A stretch of 64,000 nucleotides of DNA from assembly GCF_000315625.1 (NCBI RefSeq), contig NW_005434622.1:200883-264882 (forward strand), given 5' to 3'. The DNA is from Guillardia theta CCMP2712. Taxonomy: Eukaryota > Protista > Cryptophyta. Below, piece after piece: positions 14,611 through 26,613 of the stretch; position 1 is the stretch's first letter; each line of letters starts with the position of its first letter. The notes beneath the pieces are model-generated. The model ran no database searches. It was not told where the DNA came from and saw nothing but the letters and a program-made list of their open reading frames with translations. The position numbers and the translations under genes are program-made.

Positions 14611-15209
14611 GCTAGCCCTTCTTGTAAATATGTAATCTTGATTAAACACTCAGTGCATTGGATCGTCGAAAACACACACAAGCCGGGCAATGTAGCACAC
14701 AGCACAGCTAGAGAGAAGGGCTCGCGCAGCTTTTAACATCTTTCAGCAAAAAACGAGATGAAGGAGAATCGAAAATAAACAAAGAAGCAGATTTGGCGAG
14801 ATCCTCCCGATGTTGTCGCTGAACATTTCCTATGGCCACAGCAGATTAACCAGCAAAGTTCGGACTGGACCTTGTGAGCACAGAAGAGAAGAAAAAGAGA
14901 GCAGGAACGAAGCAATGCGGAGAAGAGGGAGTGAGGGGGGGCGAGAGAGGGAGGGCAAGCTGTTGGTGAGCTGAAGAGTAGCTCGACAGGTGGTTGGAGA
15001 CGTTGGAATCGGTGAAAAGAAACAAGTTGACCAGCTCATGTCGGCGCACATGGTCAGGAAGAACAAGAAAGAAATGATATGACGAGGACCAAGATCGTGG
15101 GAGCACAACAGCGCACTTCGAAATCCGTTGCAGCAAGGAGCAAAGGAGCTCAAACCTAGGCAAGGGGCAGGTAGACGAGACCACTGCAACCTGACCCTCA
15201 GCCCTCCAC

Positions 15210-15650
15210 TCAGATCGCCTTCACTTGCGGAGCAAGGAACCCTTTGAAGACGTGCCCGAGCGCAATAAACTGCACGTGTATGTGCCTTTCGTGGATCTTG
15301 CCCTTGGCGGCAGGGCGGTAATGCAGCTGAAAGAAGAGCGAGTCGCTGATGGTGCACTCGGGACAAGACATGGTGAAGGTGACGATGGTCAGAGGGTTCG
15401 CCAGGGCGAGGTTGATGGCGCTGGAGAAGATCCAGGAGCCGGTCTTTGAACCCAGCAGGCCATCCACCGTCATACCCATACACTTGTCAACCTGCATGTT
15501 GAACATGTTGGCCGTCTCCTCCTCGATCTCGATGATGCCGAAGGGCCGCACTCCAGAAAGGTTCATCATCCCGATAGGAATGTCGTCCTCCACAGTAACC
15601 CCACACCTCTCTTTCAGAGCAGCGAGGATGTAATGTCGTTCCAGAGGCAT
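15210..15650 (-). CDS. Small stand-alone PAS-like domain protein, 146 aa, intronless
   Basis: ATG-initiated ORF. The segment FGIIEIEEETANMFNMQVDKCMGMTVDGLLGSKTGSWIFSSAINLA resembles the PAS core pattern (I..N..f..l.G....e..G.....L.G..T......AI..A). It lacks the LOV NCRFLQ cysteine motif. Confidence 0.5.
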   Translation of the reverse strand: MPLERHYILAALKERCGVTVEDDIPIGMMNLSGVRPFGIIEIEEETANMFNMQVDKCMGMTVDGLLGSKTGSWIFSSAINLALANPLTIVTFTMSCPECTISDSLFFQLHYRPAAKGKIHERHIHVQFIALGHVFKGFLAPQVKAI

Positions 15651-16886
15651 GTGGAAAACTTGTAACGGGCGGCACTATAGCAGCACTTGTGCCTGTATCG
15701 CAGCTTCCCCCTGGATGGCCAGTTCTTATCGAGAGTTTCCAGCTTCGCGAGAAGATCTCTTCCCTCTCCCGCTTGCTTGCAACGTGCCTTCTTCCTCCCT
15801 CGAACCTGTCTTCCCCGCCCTCCACACTTTGCCCCTTGCAACCGTTGAGAGCACCACCTCCTTCCTCCTTCAACTCCCCACTCGCTGATCCTCCTTCCCT
15901 GCAACTTTGCCCACTGCCAGTTCACAAGCGAATCTGCACTACTGGCCCGTTAGTACCAGATCTCTCTTTTTTTACTTTTTTTTGTCCTTTTTTCGACTTT
16001 TTTCCTCCTTCTGCCCTTCCTCGCTGGCGGCAGCTCGTGGGCTCAAACGTTGCACTCTGGCGTCGCTTCCCGGTCGCGATGACGGCTGCTTATCCGCGTG
16101 ATTTTAAATCGAAAATGAGTGTTTTCGATATTTACAATATGATAGATCGTTTTTCTAGAACCTTCCACTGTAGTACCCATCTTCTCTATGGACCCCCTCT
16201 CAACTTCACCTCCTTGACTTCGAATGAACGGGTGATCAAGAGCTTTGAATGTATGGTAGGGGTTACTACCCACCCTATCAATTTTAAACTAGCCTTATCC
16301 TTTAAATGCCTTCAGGTCTCAAATGTCCGTGAGATCCACCCTCCATTCTCCACCCCTCATGTTCCCTATGAGTACCCCCTAAATCACCCCTTCTCTTTAG
16401 CTACTACCCCCTTTATTAAAGAGTGCAAAATGACCCACTGACGATGCAGTGAACCCGTCTGTTGACCGATAACCACCCCCTCCAGTTCCCTTTGAATTAC
16501 GCACCCGTTGCCTCTCTATGCCCCCATGCCAGTCATCAACTAATCCCACTACCCCTACCCCGTTATATCCACAAAATCTCTGGTACCCGTGGTACTATGC
16601 GACTTCTCGGCTTCTTGCTCCGGCGGCCTTACAGGTTTCTGACCGCATCCTTATTACTCTGACCCCACCCTACTTTTGTCCTCTAAAGGACCCCTACTTC
16701 CCTCCAAGGCTATTCATCGCCCCTTCGAGATAACGGTCATAACGTCAGGACGCCAAAGAGCTTTCAAACCGATTTGAATTCGAATTCGAATTTTGTTCTC
16801 CATTTTCAAATGCTAAAAAATCACTAATCAGCAGGGGTATATAGGGGCTGGCGACAACTGTCTCTAACAGCCCAGGGCATCAGCCT

Positions 16887-16959
16887 GCCCGGTTAGCTCA
16901 GTCGGCAGAGCGCAAGGCTCTTAACCTTGTGGTCGTGGGTTCGAGCCCCACATCGGGCG
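16887..16959 (+). tRNA. trnK-CUU: tRNA-Lys (anticodon CTT)
   Basis: Acceptor stem GCCCGGT/ATCGGGC, D arm GCTCAGTCGGCAGAGC, anticodon arm CAAGG-CTCTTAA-CCTTG, T arm GTGGGTTCGAGCCCCAC; 73 nt. A downstream TTTTT Pol III terminator lies at about 16966. Confidence 0.97.
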
Positions 16960-17791
16960 ATACTCTTTTTGATTCTGGACATCGTGTGTATACCCCTTCC
17001 TGAAGCTGTCAATTTCGGACATGGAAGGGGTGGGGGTCATCACCCCCCACCATTTTAGAAGCAAAATCAAATGTTACCGGTGTTTTTCATTTTGCTTTTC
17101 TGGATTAGGGGTGGTGGGGGTCATGACCCCCTGCTGTATTATGATAATGCTTCTCAACCCCCCTATTGTGGACAGAGCGGTTTGCGGCAATCATGGCGAG
17201 GAGAGAGGAAAGAGGGAGAGGAGGAAGGAAGCAGAGCGGGAAGAGGGAGGCAGAGCGGGAAGAGAGGCAGAGCGGGAAGAGGGAGGCAGAGCGGGAAGAG
17301 GGAGGCAGACAGAGAAAGACAGAGGGAGGCAAGCCTTAGCGGACACTGTATTGATGATGAGGATACTGGAGAAGGACAGAGAGACCTAGCAATTGTAGAG
17401 GAACGAGGCGGCGGGCTGGCGGGCGGGCGGGAGGCAGGGAAATACATATTGCTGCTGGCTGCTGCTGGCTTCTGCTGGCTGCTGCTGGCTGCTGCTGCTG
17501 CTTACATGTCTCCCACTTTCATGAAGTCAATCATCCCTGAGACTCGAAAAAATGCACTTGCGGGATCCAATATGTGAGCTCGATGGAGCACTGAGAAGAA
17601 AGTGCTGTAAACTTGCCCTCCCTCCGTTCCTCTGCCCAGCGTGTGCTCCTCCGTTTCCCCTTCCAGCTCCTTCGCTTCACAGACTTCACCTGACTTCACG
17701 GGACAGGTCATCATGATCTGAAGGATTTATCACTCGCTACGATCGGCCTTCCGTCTTGTGGCAACATCATTCTGTACAGAAAGCTTTTGAT

Positions 17792-18916
17792 ATGGGGGCC
17801 GCAAGCTCGATTGAAAACTCAGAGGTAAGATGCTTGCTCCACCTCCATCTCCATCTCCATCTCCTTCTCCATCTCCTTCTCCTTCTCCTGCTGCTACTTT
17901 TGCTCTTGCTCCTACTTCTGCTGCTGCTGCTGCTGCTGCTTCGGCCCTTGCTCAAGTTTCTTACACCAGGAAGGCATCCTGGTCGAGTCATTCCGCTGTC
18001 ATGAATGCGATTACAAGTGGAATCAAAAGGTAACCCCACACCCTTTCCACCTCCCCACCAGTGCAAACAAGCTCAGTCAGTCCTCCATTGCCCTCCTTCT
18101 CTTCTCTTCCTCTCCCTATCGAAGTCGCTCAGTCCTCGACGACGCTGTGTGTACAACTCCCTGATGGGCGGTGCTGGCAGGCAGACCTCGATCACGAGTG
18201 CCCGTCATGGTTGGCATGCTTGTTCTCTATCCTCCCCTATCCCTCTCACCCTTGCATTACTCGCAGTGGAGGAGACTTTGTAGAGCGGATCAGCGTCGGA
18301 CTGATGCAGAATCGTCCAAGGCATCTTCGAGTCAACGAGGAGGCTATAGAGCAGGCAGTGGCTGCTGCTGTGGCTGCAGGGGAAGGAGAGGATAGACTAA
18401 CAGTGCAAGAGCTGATGTTGAACATAGCACAGGTTGCTCCATGCGCAGGACAGCCACGTGTCGCCTAACAGTTGTCCTCGGCAGTTCGGGTTGAGCGCCG
18501 ACGACGGAACGAGGAGCGAAATTCAGTCGGAAGACCCCGAGCTGAGGGAGGCAATCGAGCGATCAATCGCCGAGACTGAAGGAAACCTTCGACTTCCTCC
18601 TCCTGCCTCCCAGTGAGAGCTTTGTCCTCCCCTTTGCCTCAGAACTCTGACAGGAATGGTAGGAAAGCCATGGCTACCTTAAAGACCAAGAAGTATGCGG
18701 GTGAGACGTTCCATCGGCAGGAGGCGACATGCGCAGTCTGCAGGTGGACGTGAGCTGTCGGGTGATGGAGGGTCTGACGCTGAGGGGCTAGCGAGGACTA
18801 CAAGTATGGGGAAGAGCTTCTTTTCATGCCGTGTGAGCACGTGTTCCACAAGGTGACGCCTGCTGAGGGAAGGAGGATAATTAGGAGGAGGAGAATGGAG
18901 GGGTGACAGTAGTAGA

Positions 18917-18968
<52 letters not shown>

Positions 18969-20127
18969 ACAGGAAGAGTTTGTATCATCCTGACTATCTT
19001 ATGTCTCGCTCGTTCCAGGCTTGTTTGCTCCCCTGGCTCAAATCGACCAACTCCTGCCCGGTCTGCCGCATGACGCTCGAGGTCCGTGAACGCCTTGCGG
19101 AGGAGGATGCTGAGAGCTGATTGATCCAGACGGACGATGAGAAGTATGAGGAGACGCGAGTGAGGATGAGCAAGACGGGAAATAAGTGAGTCCCGTTTTC
19201 TCCCCCCTCCCTCCCTCCCTCCCTCCCTCCCTCCCTCCCTCCCTCCTCAAAAATCCCTTCCTTCATACTTTCTCCCTTCTCTTCATTCCTTCCCATCCAG
19301 TTGTCCTTGACTCGTCAACGAGCCTCCTTTCTCTCCCCATTCCAATCTCCATTCCTCTTCTCATCGCTTCCTGTCTGCTCAGGTTACAAAAGACTCAGCC
19401 TCCACCACATGGTTGGCTCTACTTCACCATTCCTCCTTGGGCTCATTTCTGGCAGGCAACCCTCCTCCCGATGCCCCCCCTGGTGCACCGCAGGCGGTCG
19501 AGCCCCCTGCTCCTCCCCCGAGCGGCTTTTCCCGTGCAAGCAGCTCCCGCGATACAGCAGTGAGGAGGATACCGAGCACGCCAGCCCCTCGCCACGTTCC
19601 CTCAGTCTCTCCTGCTCCTGCTCCTCCTCTCAGCGTCTCTCCTTCTACCACAGCTGCCGCTGCCGCTGCTTCTGCTTCCCCGAGCAGGCAGTCAACGATC
19701 GAGCGGCTCATGGCTCGGGAGGTTCCGCGACTTGTCTCTTCGCCTGCTCCCCGGCTGTCAGGACGCAATGAGACGCAGAGCTTTTCGAGCTCGAGAGTTG
19801 TGGCTCAGAGAAGAGCGGGGGGACGCTTGCAAGGTGAGAGGAAGGAGGGAGGGACTGCGGCAGATTGGAATGGAGAGCAGGAAAGGAATAGGAGAGGCAA
19901 GGGAGAGAAACGGATGGGGAGAAGGACGAGGAAGAGGAAGGAAAAGGGGAGGAAGGAGTTGAGGAGGGGAGGGAAGGGGGAAGGGGAGGGAAGAAGAGGG
20001 AGGGAAGAAGAGGGAGGAGAAGGGAGGAGCAACTGAGGGATATGCAGGAGAGCACGAGGCAATGAAAAGAAGTTTCAGCCGAGGAAGCTCGTCGGGAAGC
20101 AACGGGAGGATGGAGAAACAGCGATAA
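17792..20127 (+). CDS. RING-H2 E3 ubiquitin ligase (RNF181/RNF126-like RING) with N-myristoylation-like start, UIM-like motif and Pro/Ser-rich tail
   Basis: MGAASS start; EDPELREAIERSI (UIM-like); PPPASQKAMATL. RING spliced as TCAVCS|EDYKYGEELLFMPCEHVFHK|ACLLPWLKSTNSCPVCRMTLE|TDDEKYE (intron about 19082-19128). Stop TAA at 20125-20127. Confidence 0.85.
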
Positions 20128-20252
20128 TCGTGACCGCAGTTCATTCGCAGCCTAAAAATGTACAGGGCATTGTAGGATAATGAAACAGGTGGAAGAGGAC
20201 AGGGAAAGGGAGGAGGAAGAGGGGAGGAGGAGGAGGAGACGGATTCCCCTCC

Positions 20253-22214
20253 TCAGGTGCACAGAGCGTTACGCCATGACACATAGCGAGAGTGACCGGA
20301 GTCGGTCTTGAGCTCGGCATATTCCCGGAGGATGAGTTGGAGCTCGCACACGTACCACTTGGCAGACAAGAAGCGGAGGTTGAGCAGGACGTCTCTGTAG
20401 CCAGCAGTCGCGCTGGCGTCGTACCTGCGGTCAAGTCGGTTCTTGACGCGCACTAGCTCGACGTCCTCGTCCTCGAAGATGACGCGGAGGCAGGACGTCA
20501 GGTCTGCGACCGAGTCGAAGATGATGGACTGGCGGACGATGTCGAGGATCTTCGAGACATCGCTCGAGTAGATGCGCACGATCTTCTCAATCGCTCGCTC
20601 CCTCTTCTTCAGCGACGCCCACTTCACGCACGTCACCTCCCGCCCGTCCGTCGACATCAGCCGGAGGTACTTGGGACACTCGCTGCACACGATGCAGGGA
20701 AGGAGGCCCGCCCCCTTCGAGGCCCACAGCAGCGTCTTCTCCCGGAGGAGGGGGTCGACGACACTTGATCCAGCGTACAGGCGGTCCAGACAAGTCTCGG
20801 GCATGAGGCGGCAGATATGGGAGGGAGGCTGATACTGAACTGCGTCCCTGGTACAGCCGTTCTGGACATGCCGCACCAACCTGTCGAGATCGAGCAGCGC
20901 TTGCTTTTGCGTGGCCATGATCTGACTCCACAGCTCCCTGTACCTGTCCTTGTCGTCTCTCACGAGCTGCTTCGCAGTTGCGACGATGATGCTCCTGCTG
21001 ATGAAGACAGAGATCGCAATGCTCAGGCAGGGGATGCTGATCACGAAGTACCACACGGAGGAAGAGTATGGCCCATCGTACGGGGAGTGGAGCAGCACAA
21101 GGGCCGAGGCCATCGAGAAGGTCCCGATGGTGATGAAGAAGGACTGCACGTGCTCCTTGCTGAGGCCCGCGAGGAAGAGAAAGGCGAGGCTGTACTGCAG
21201 GGCAGATGACAAGGCATGCCAGTGCGTCCAACTTCCTTTCTCGCACATCTGAGTTTCACCTCCACACGTCCACACCCACACGGCGATGGCTGCGTCAGAC
21301 AGCGCACACCACATGACGACAAAGCTCAACAGGCTCCTCCCGCACCTCTCTAGGCCGATCGCCCCGCTCAGCCCCGTCAGTCCGGTGAAGACAGCGACCA
21401 TGAGGTTGGTGACGAGCTGCATCTTCTGCGGGAAGTGCGGCCTCCTGCTCTGCATCTCGAGCTTGCCCCGCTCCTCCGTCGTCGGGTAGCGGCCATGGAA
21501 GAAGGTGCTTGTTGAAGAGATGGTGAGGTAGCTGGAGGACCCAACGAGCGTCCACGACTGCGAGTCTGCGTCGAAAGCCTCGAAGGTGAAACGGACGGGG
21601 TCGAAGCTCAGGTCCTCCATGGAGGTGTTGAAGAACCAGCCATTCCAAGGAACGGGGGAAGGAAGAGAGATCTCGATGGAGGAGCCATGGCGCTCCAATG
21701 AGCGCAGCGGCAGCGGCACCACTCGGTCCTTGAGGAGGAGTCCTACGGAGTGCACGTTGCTGGACAGGGGGCACATCTCGTTCCTGAGCTCAAGGGCAGT
21801 GAAGCGAAACCTCGAGCTCAGCCTCACTGCATCGCTCTGGAGGAAGACCAAGTCGTTTTGGAAGTAGTAAGTCAAGATGGAGGACATGAAGGCAAAGAAA
21901 ATCCTAAAGGGCAGCCTGGTGAGCGCAGCCGTCATCGGCTGTGAGGAGTAGAAGAGCGAGGAGTAGCTCGCTGACTCTGTCGCTCGCTTCAGCTCCAGTC
22001 CAGAGATCAGGTCGCCTTTCTTGATGGAGCAGCTTCGCTGAAAGATCCAAGAGTCCCTGCAGTCGCAGTCGACATTGAAGCCGTCGTCGGAGAATGCCGA
22101 GTCGGAATTAGAGGAGGCTGACGATTCGGTATGGACCAGTTGCTCACAGTGCCAGCAATGCTGCTCACGCACAACCATATCGCGGTGATCGCTCTTATCC
22201 CTTTCCTGACACAT
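20253..22214 (-). CDS. Multi-pass membrane protein with C-terminal RelA/SpoT-like nucleotidyltransferase domain, intronless
   Basis: 654-aa ORF with about 6 hydrophobic helices. C-terminal motifs LKKRERAIEK, ILDIVR, VRVKNRL, GYRDVLLN, CELQL and GHSRY correspond to the RelA/SpoT synthetase motifs RxKxxxSxxxK, DxxxxR, GYxxxH, ExQ and HxxY. Confidence 0.85.
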   Translation of the reverse strand: MCQERDKSDHRDMVVREQHCWHCEQLVHTESSASSNSDSAFSDDGFNVDCDCRDSWIFQRSCSIKKGDLISGLELKRATESASYSSLFYSSQPMTAALTRLPFRIFFAFMSSILTYYFQNDLVFLQSDAVRLSSRFRFTALELRNEMCPLSSNVHSVGLLLKDRVVPLPLRSLERHGSSIEISLPSPVPWNGWFFNTSMEDLSFDPVRFTFEAFDADSQSWTLVGSSSYLTISSTSTFFHGRYPTTEERGKLEMQSRRPHFPQKMQLVTNLMVAVFTGLTGLSGAIGLERCGRSLLSFVVMWCALSDAAIAVWVWTCGGETQMCEKGSWTHWHALSSALQYSLAFLFLAGLSKEHVQSFFITIGTFSMASALVLLHSPYDGPYSSSVWYFVISIPCLSIAISVFISRSIIVATAKQLVRDDKDRYRELWSQIMATQKQALLDLDRLVRHVQNGCTRDAVQYQPPSHICRLMPETCLDRLYAGSSVVDPLLREKTLLWASKGAGLLPCIVCSECPKYLRLMSTDGREVTCVKWASLKKRERAIEKIVRIYSSDVSKILDIVRQSIIFDSVADLTSCLRVIFEDEDVELVRVKNRLDRRYDASATAGYRDVLLNLRFLSAKWYVCELQLILREYAELKTDSGHSRYVSWRNALCT

Positions 22215-23722
22215 CAAGAGAATTCTTTTGTTTGTCTCATGTAAGGAACATTCGTGGAGGTTCTATTTGTTCGCCTGCAATGTACACATCAGCCCTATAC
22301 CCGCTGCACTCCAGGGAACCCCAACACATCACAAAATGAAATTGGGTGAAAGTGAGTGAGAAAAATGATTCTTGATACAGTGCCACACCAACTACCTACG
22401 TTTCAGTCCCACCACCCACATCCTTAACAGAGAAATGTCTGACTGAACCCTTATCTTTCAAAGGATTTCTCTCTCCAAAGTTTCCTTATATATAAAAAGA
22501 TAGAAAAACATCAAAAAACACCAACACATGGAGGAACAAATTCACAGCATCGAGAAAATCCCACATCCTTCAAAACTCCCACACACCTCCACAAAACCTC
22601 TGGCATTCTCTCTGTAATGAGTTCAGGACTAAATCTCCTTCTCAAGAATGAACTTCGCATGCTTCCTTCATCCTTCTTCCTTCTTCTTCGTTTCTCACCA
22701 CAATCCCCTCCCTTCACTCCCTTCATTGTCCTCGCCCTTCTCCCCCGCTCCTCCTCCTTCCCCACATTCTTCTTGCATGCAATAATAGCTGGCATGGTCT
22801 CTGACCCCCATGTGTTTGCATCCCGTTTGAGCTGTTTCCTATGACCAACGCCGTATCCGATTGGTACCAATACTATGGGATTCCTAGGACTCCAGTACCC
22901 CCTCTTCCGACGAATTGTAGGACGACTTTGTCCAGAACCCCTGGGTCCCTGGCAGTCAATTTGAAGGTGGGTAGTCACCAAGAAACTTCTGTACCACCGG
23001 TACTTTTCAAGTATATTACCCCGGTTTTGGACCTCGGGTTGTTGTGCAGTGCTAAATTTGGGTGGGGGGTGGGGGGTCATGGGTGGATAGTGTCTATCTG
23101 ACGATTTTTCAAAATATTGTTGTTAGACTTCCGAAAAAGAACCTTTTCGAGATCATACAGAACACTCCGTTTTGTTTCGTTAGTGAACTCATGCGATATT
23201 GAAGCGTTTCAAAATAGACCGGGGTACCTAGTCTTGTCTTCAATACACCCCCATTTAGATCATGAAAGTACCCCCTCCGAAGTCCATGCTTTGTGCAAAG
23301 AATTGCGAAAAACTCAAAATTGTGATATATGGGTGGGGTGGTTCAGAATTCGCCAAGTCACTGGAAAAAATTGTCTGGTTGTCTGCATATTTCTAAAGTT
23401 ATTCTTTAATTTGAACACCATAGTAACTATTTGATGGTATGATTTCAAAGGTGCCACCACTGCGGCCTCCACGGCCTCGCAACAGCTGTTTACTCCATCA
23501 GCAGTCCATGGTCTTCAAAAGTACCCCTACTTTTCACACAATCAGAGGGGGTACTCATGAGTACCACGAAGGTTTTTTAGAGCAAGGGGTGGAACAGTAC
23601 CGTAGTACCGGTATGAAACAGGTATACTGGACGGGTGCATCGCAGGGGGCGCAAAAAAGATAAGACGGTTCGATGCGGACAGGGTCTTGTAGTTGACTCG
23701 GTCACAGCCGAGCATGAAATCT

Positions 23723-23761
23723 AGTGTCCTCGTACTGATTTTTAACTTAACTTTGAGTAAA
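23723..23761 (-). repeat. Dispersed 39-bp repeat, copy 2 (inverted relative to 3345-3383)
   Basis: AGTGTCCTCGTACTGATTTTTAACTTAACTTTGAGTAAA is the reverse complement of copy 1 with 1 mismatch. Confidence 0.85.
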
Positions 23762-25791
23762 GAAAGTGACTTCATGAAACTTGCCGGGGGCGAACTTTCG
23801 AACTCGGAACCGCGCGTACGGGCGGTAACGGTTTGCCTTCCGTGCTACAGGTGACCGTCAGGCGTACAGTCTTTAACAGTGAAACAGTACCCAGTAGTGA
23901 TTCAATGGCCGTTTTCCGGATGGAATTGCATAGCATAAATACCGATAGAAATGAAACAGATATGGAAGTCTGTGCTCATTACTGTGCACACCATCACTCG
24001 GTACAAAGTTGCATTTCGTTCAATCAATGTCAAATGCGTACGCTGTAGATGCATAGTCATAGGGAGAGGTCCTTCATACCAATTTGCAGACCCTCTGACG
24101 AGATTGGATTCTTCATGTCCCAGCCGAAAGAATTAGCCTGTCGTGCTCGTACCAACCAACCTGCATGTATGTATTTTCCATGTTGTCATGGTTTCTTCTT
24201 CATAATCGATGCTACTCTTTGATGATCTTTCTTCTCAAGTTTCTTTTAAAAATTTCTTTCTTCTGAATTCAATCAGGTGTTTTCACTTCTCATGGCGATG
24301 ATTGGAGCACGCTTCCTGTTGTAAACGGTGTTTCTACAAACTCCAGAGGACCCCTGTTCTCAAGGTTCGAGTTCTCGTACGATGTCAGAACGCAGTCAAG
24401 CATCATCTTTCGCTCATCACAATCATTGCAGAAGGAATGTCGCTCAATCTTGTTTAATCGTCGCTGCTATCCCGCCCCATCTGCATGTTTTGGAATTTTC
24501 GTACAAGCGCACCAGACATTTTTGTCGGGCTTAGTACCCTACCCTCTCTCACCCCTCAATTCTCCTTTGGTTTGGTGGGTGTCTTGTAGAGTACAATTCT
24601 TTGCAAGGGGGTGGGTACCTCTATGGTTAGAGACCGGGTAGTTGACCAGTGGAGGGGTAAAGGGTATCGACTACCCACCCTTTGACGCGCTCAAAGATGG
24701 GACAAACTGTACCTTTGACCTGTTGCGGGGGGTAGGGGAAAAAAGGAAGACAGTCAAAAGGTAGGGTAGGTGAGTTTAGTACCCATGATTTTCCTTGAAA
24801 TTGTGGGGTGATTGAGTACTACCGGTACTACGAGAGGTGCAGCGGTAGGTGGGTGGTGTGATCACAGACTCATCATCATTGGGCGGTGCAAACTGCAGGG
24901 GGGTCACGTGGGTGTGTCACTAGCACCATTTTGGTGGGGGTGGTACCGAAAAGGGTGGGGTGGTGATAATTTTTTGAGTCTGGGGTCATTTCCGAAGTAC
25001 CGGTATAATTTTGAACCAGAAGCGAAGGCAGGGGTGGGGTGAGCAGCAAGAGAATCGTGATCATGAGAGGAGTATGTTTATAGTTATTTCACCAAGTGAT
25101 TTACATATAGTATGAGACATACGTTCAGATTGCATACAAAGGAAACCAAATCAATGAAAGGGAGGGGTACAGGTTGACGCAGGTGTGGAATGAGATCGAA
25201 GGGTGGGGTAGGACTTTTACGATTGGCCAAGGGGGGGTGGGGCTATCATAGCGAACGATCACAGCAAACGTGAGAGGAAACAAAGGAGGAGGTAGAGGAA
25301 GAGGAAGAGGAAGAGGAAAGAAGAGGAAGAGGAAAGAAGAGAAAGAGAAGCAGGAAGAGGAACAGAGGGAAGGACAAAGCACGCAGGAGCGAGGACAAGA
25401 AGAATAACCAGGACAAAGGAGTCGTCCAGATCAGTATAAGTGAGTAGTTGGATCTGAAGAACAAAGAACAGTTGCATTTGCATTTGCCTGTGAGGTAGGA
25501 ACAATAGGAAAAACGAGGGGAATCAGGTCGACAATTCTTTGAGCTTAAACGAAACGGGTAGAAAGCAATCGTGCATCTCTCCCAGAGGTGGAAAGCTTGC
25601 GAGACAGCATAGCAGATACGCTCGTCGGAACTTCGTCAAGGCCCTTCGTCTGAGATCTGGAGGGTCCATGCGATCTGGAGTAACACGGAGTTGTTCTTCT
25701 CCGTAGCATCAAGAGGATCGTTGCAGGTGAAAGAGACCGGAGAAGTCACTGTTGTGAGGGGCTGATGCTCTGACGATCAATCAAGCTGAAG

Positions 25792-26499
25792 ATGAGCCGC
25801 CAAGATTTTGGTGCGAACAATGAACAGCCTACATTGGCAGACGCTGCTTCGAGGGGGATGCAGGAACTCAGGATATCGTCGGAGGCATCGGGGGATTCGG
25901 TCTCGGTGAAAGCTTCTCCGCCACCGCATGCCGCTACCATTCGCGGCAGTGCGATGACGAGAAAGTTAGAAAGACTGCGCAATGCCGAGCAACAGCTCCC
26001 CGGGGAGGGGGTCAAGAGCTGGCCGCTCTTGCAGCAGCACACGGAGACAAAGAGCTGTGGACATGGAACGTGTGCGCTGGTCGGGTATTGCCTACGGCAG
26101 ACTCCGAAGAAAACTTTTGCAGCTCAAACTGAAACGAAAGTGAAAGCAGTGGAGGCCCAGGACCTGCCAGGAGCTGCGTCGCTGACCTATCCCATTCGGA
26201 ATGTCCACCATGTGGACCCGCACGTTCTGAAAGCTGCAAGAGAATGCACGGAGGCCACGCAGAGGAGCCCCCATGCTAACCCCGCTCGCAGGATCGAGTC
26301 GATCAGCATCAAGGACCTGGTAATTGACAGAACTCCGAGTGAGGCTCGGAGGTTTTACCTTCGTCGTCGTTATTTTGGGAAGCTGGACAAGAAGACGCTG
26401 ACGAAACGAGTTCACTCGGAAGGAGGGATGCTGATGGAATGCATAGAGGCAGCGAGGAAGAGGATGAAACGCGACGAGGCTGGGCAGGCCAACCCCTGA
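25792..26499 (+). CDS. Hypothetical basic protein, 235 aa (upstream exons possible)
   Basis: Long non-repetitive ORF converging on KMO. No family recognised. Confidence 0.55.
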   Translation: MSRQDFGANNEQPTLADAASRGMQELRISSEASGDSVSVKASPPPHAATIRGSAMTRKLERLRNAEQQLPGEGVKSWPLLQQHTETKSCGHGTCALVGYCLRQTPKKTFAAQTETKVKAVEAQDLPGAASLTYPIRNVHHVDPHVLKAARECTEATQRSPHANPARRIESISIKDLVIDRTPSEARRFYLRRRYFGKLDKKTLTKRVHSEGGMLMECIEAARKRMKRDEAGQANP

Positions 26500-26613
26500 G
26501 GAGCAGGTGTTGTTGGATAACAAGTTGTTAGGTGTAGTGCAACTTGCATAAATGTGTCTTGACTTATGGTAACAAAGAAGAAGAGTTTGAAGAACACAAG
26601 TGCGAGCTCCTGG

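Noticed and set aside
19082-19128. Stop codon or readthrough (TGA at 19118) right after the RING domain
   Set aside because: The TGA lies within a GT..CTGA..CAG intron of about 47 nt; splicing gives the typical CRxxLETDDxxYE continuation.
24030-24520. AT-rich segment on the minus strand as a decayed pseudogene (several in-frame TGA)
   Set aside because: All frames examined have multiple stops and I recognise no protein motif; it cannot be supported without a homology search.
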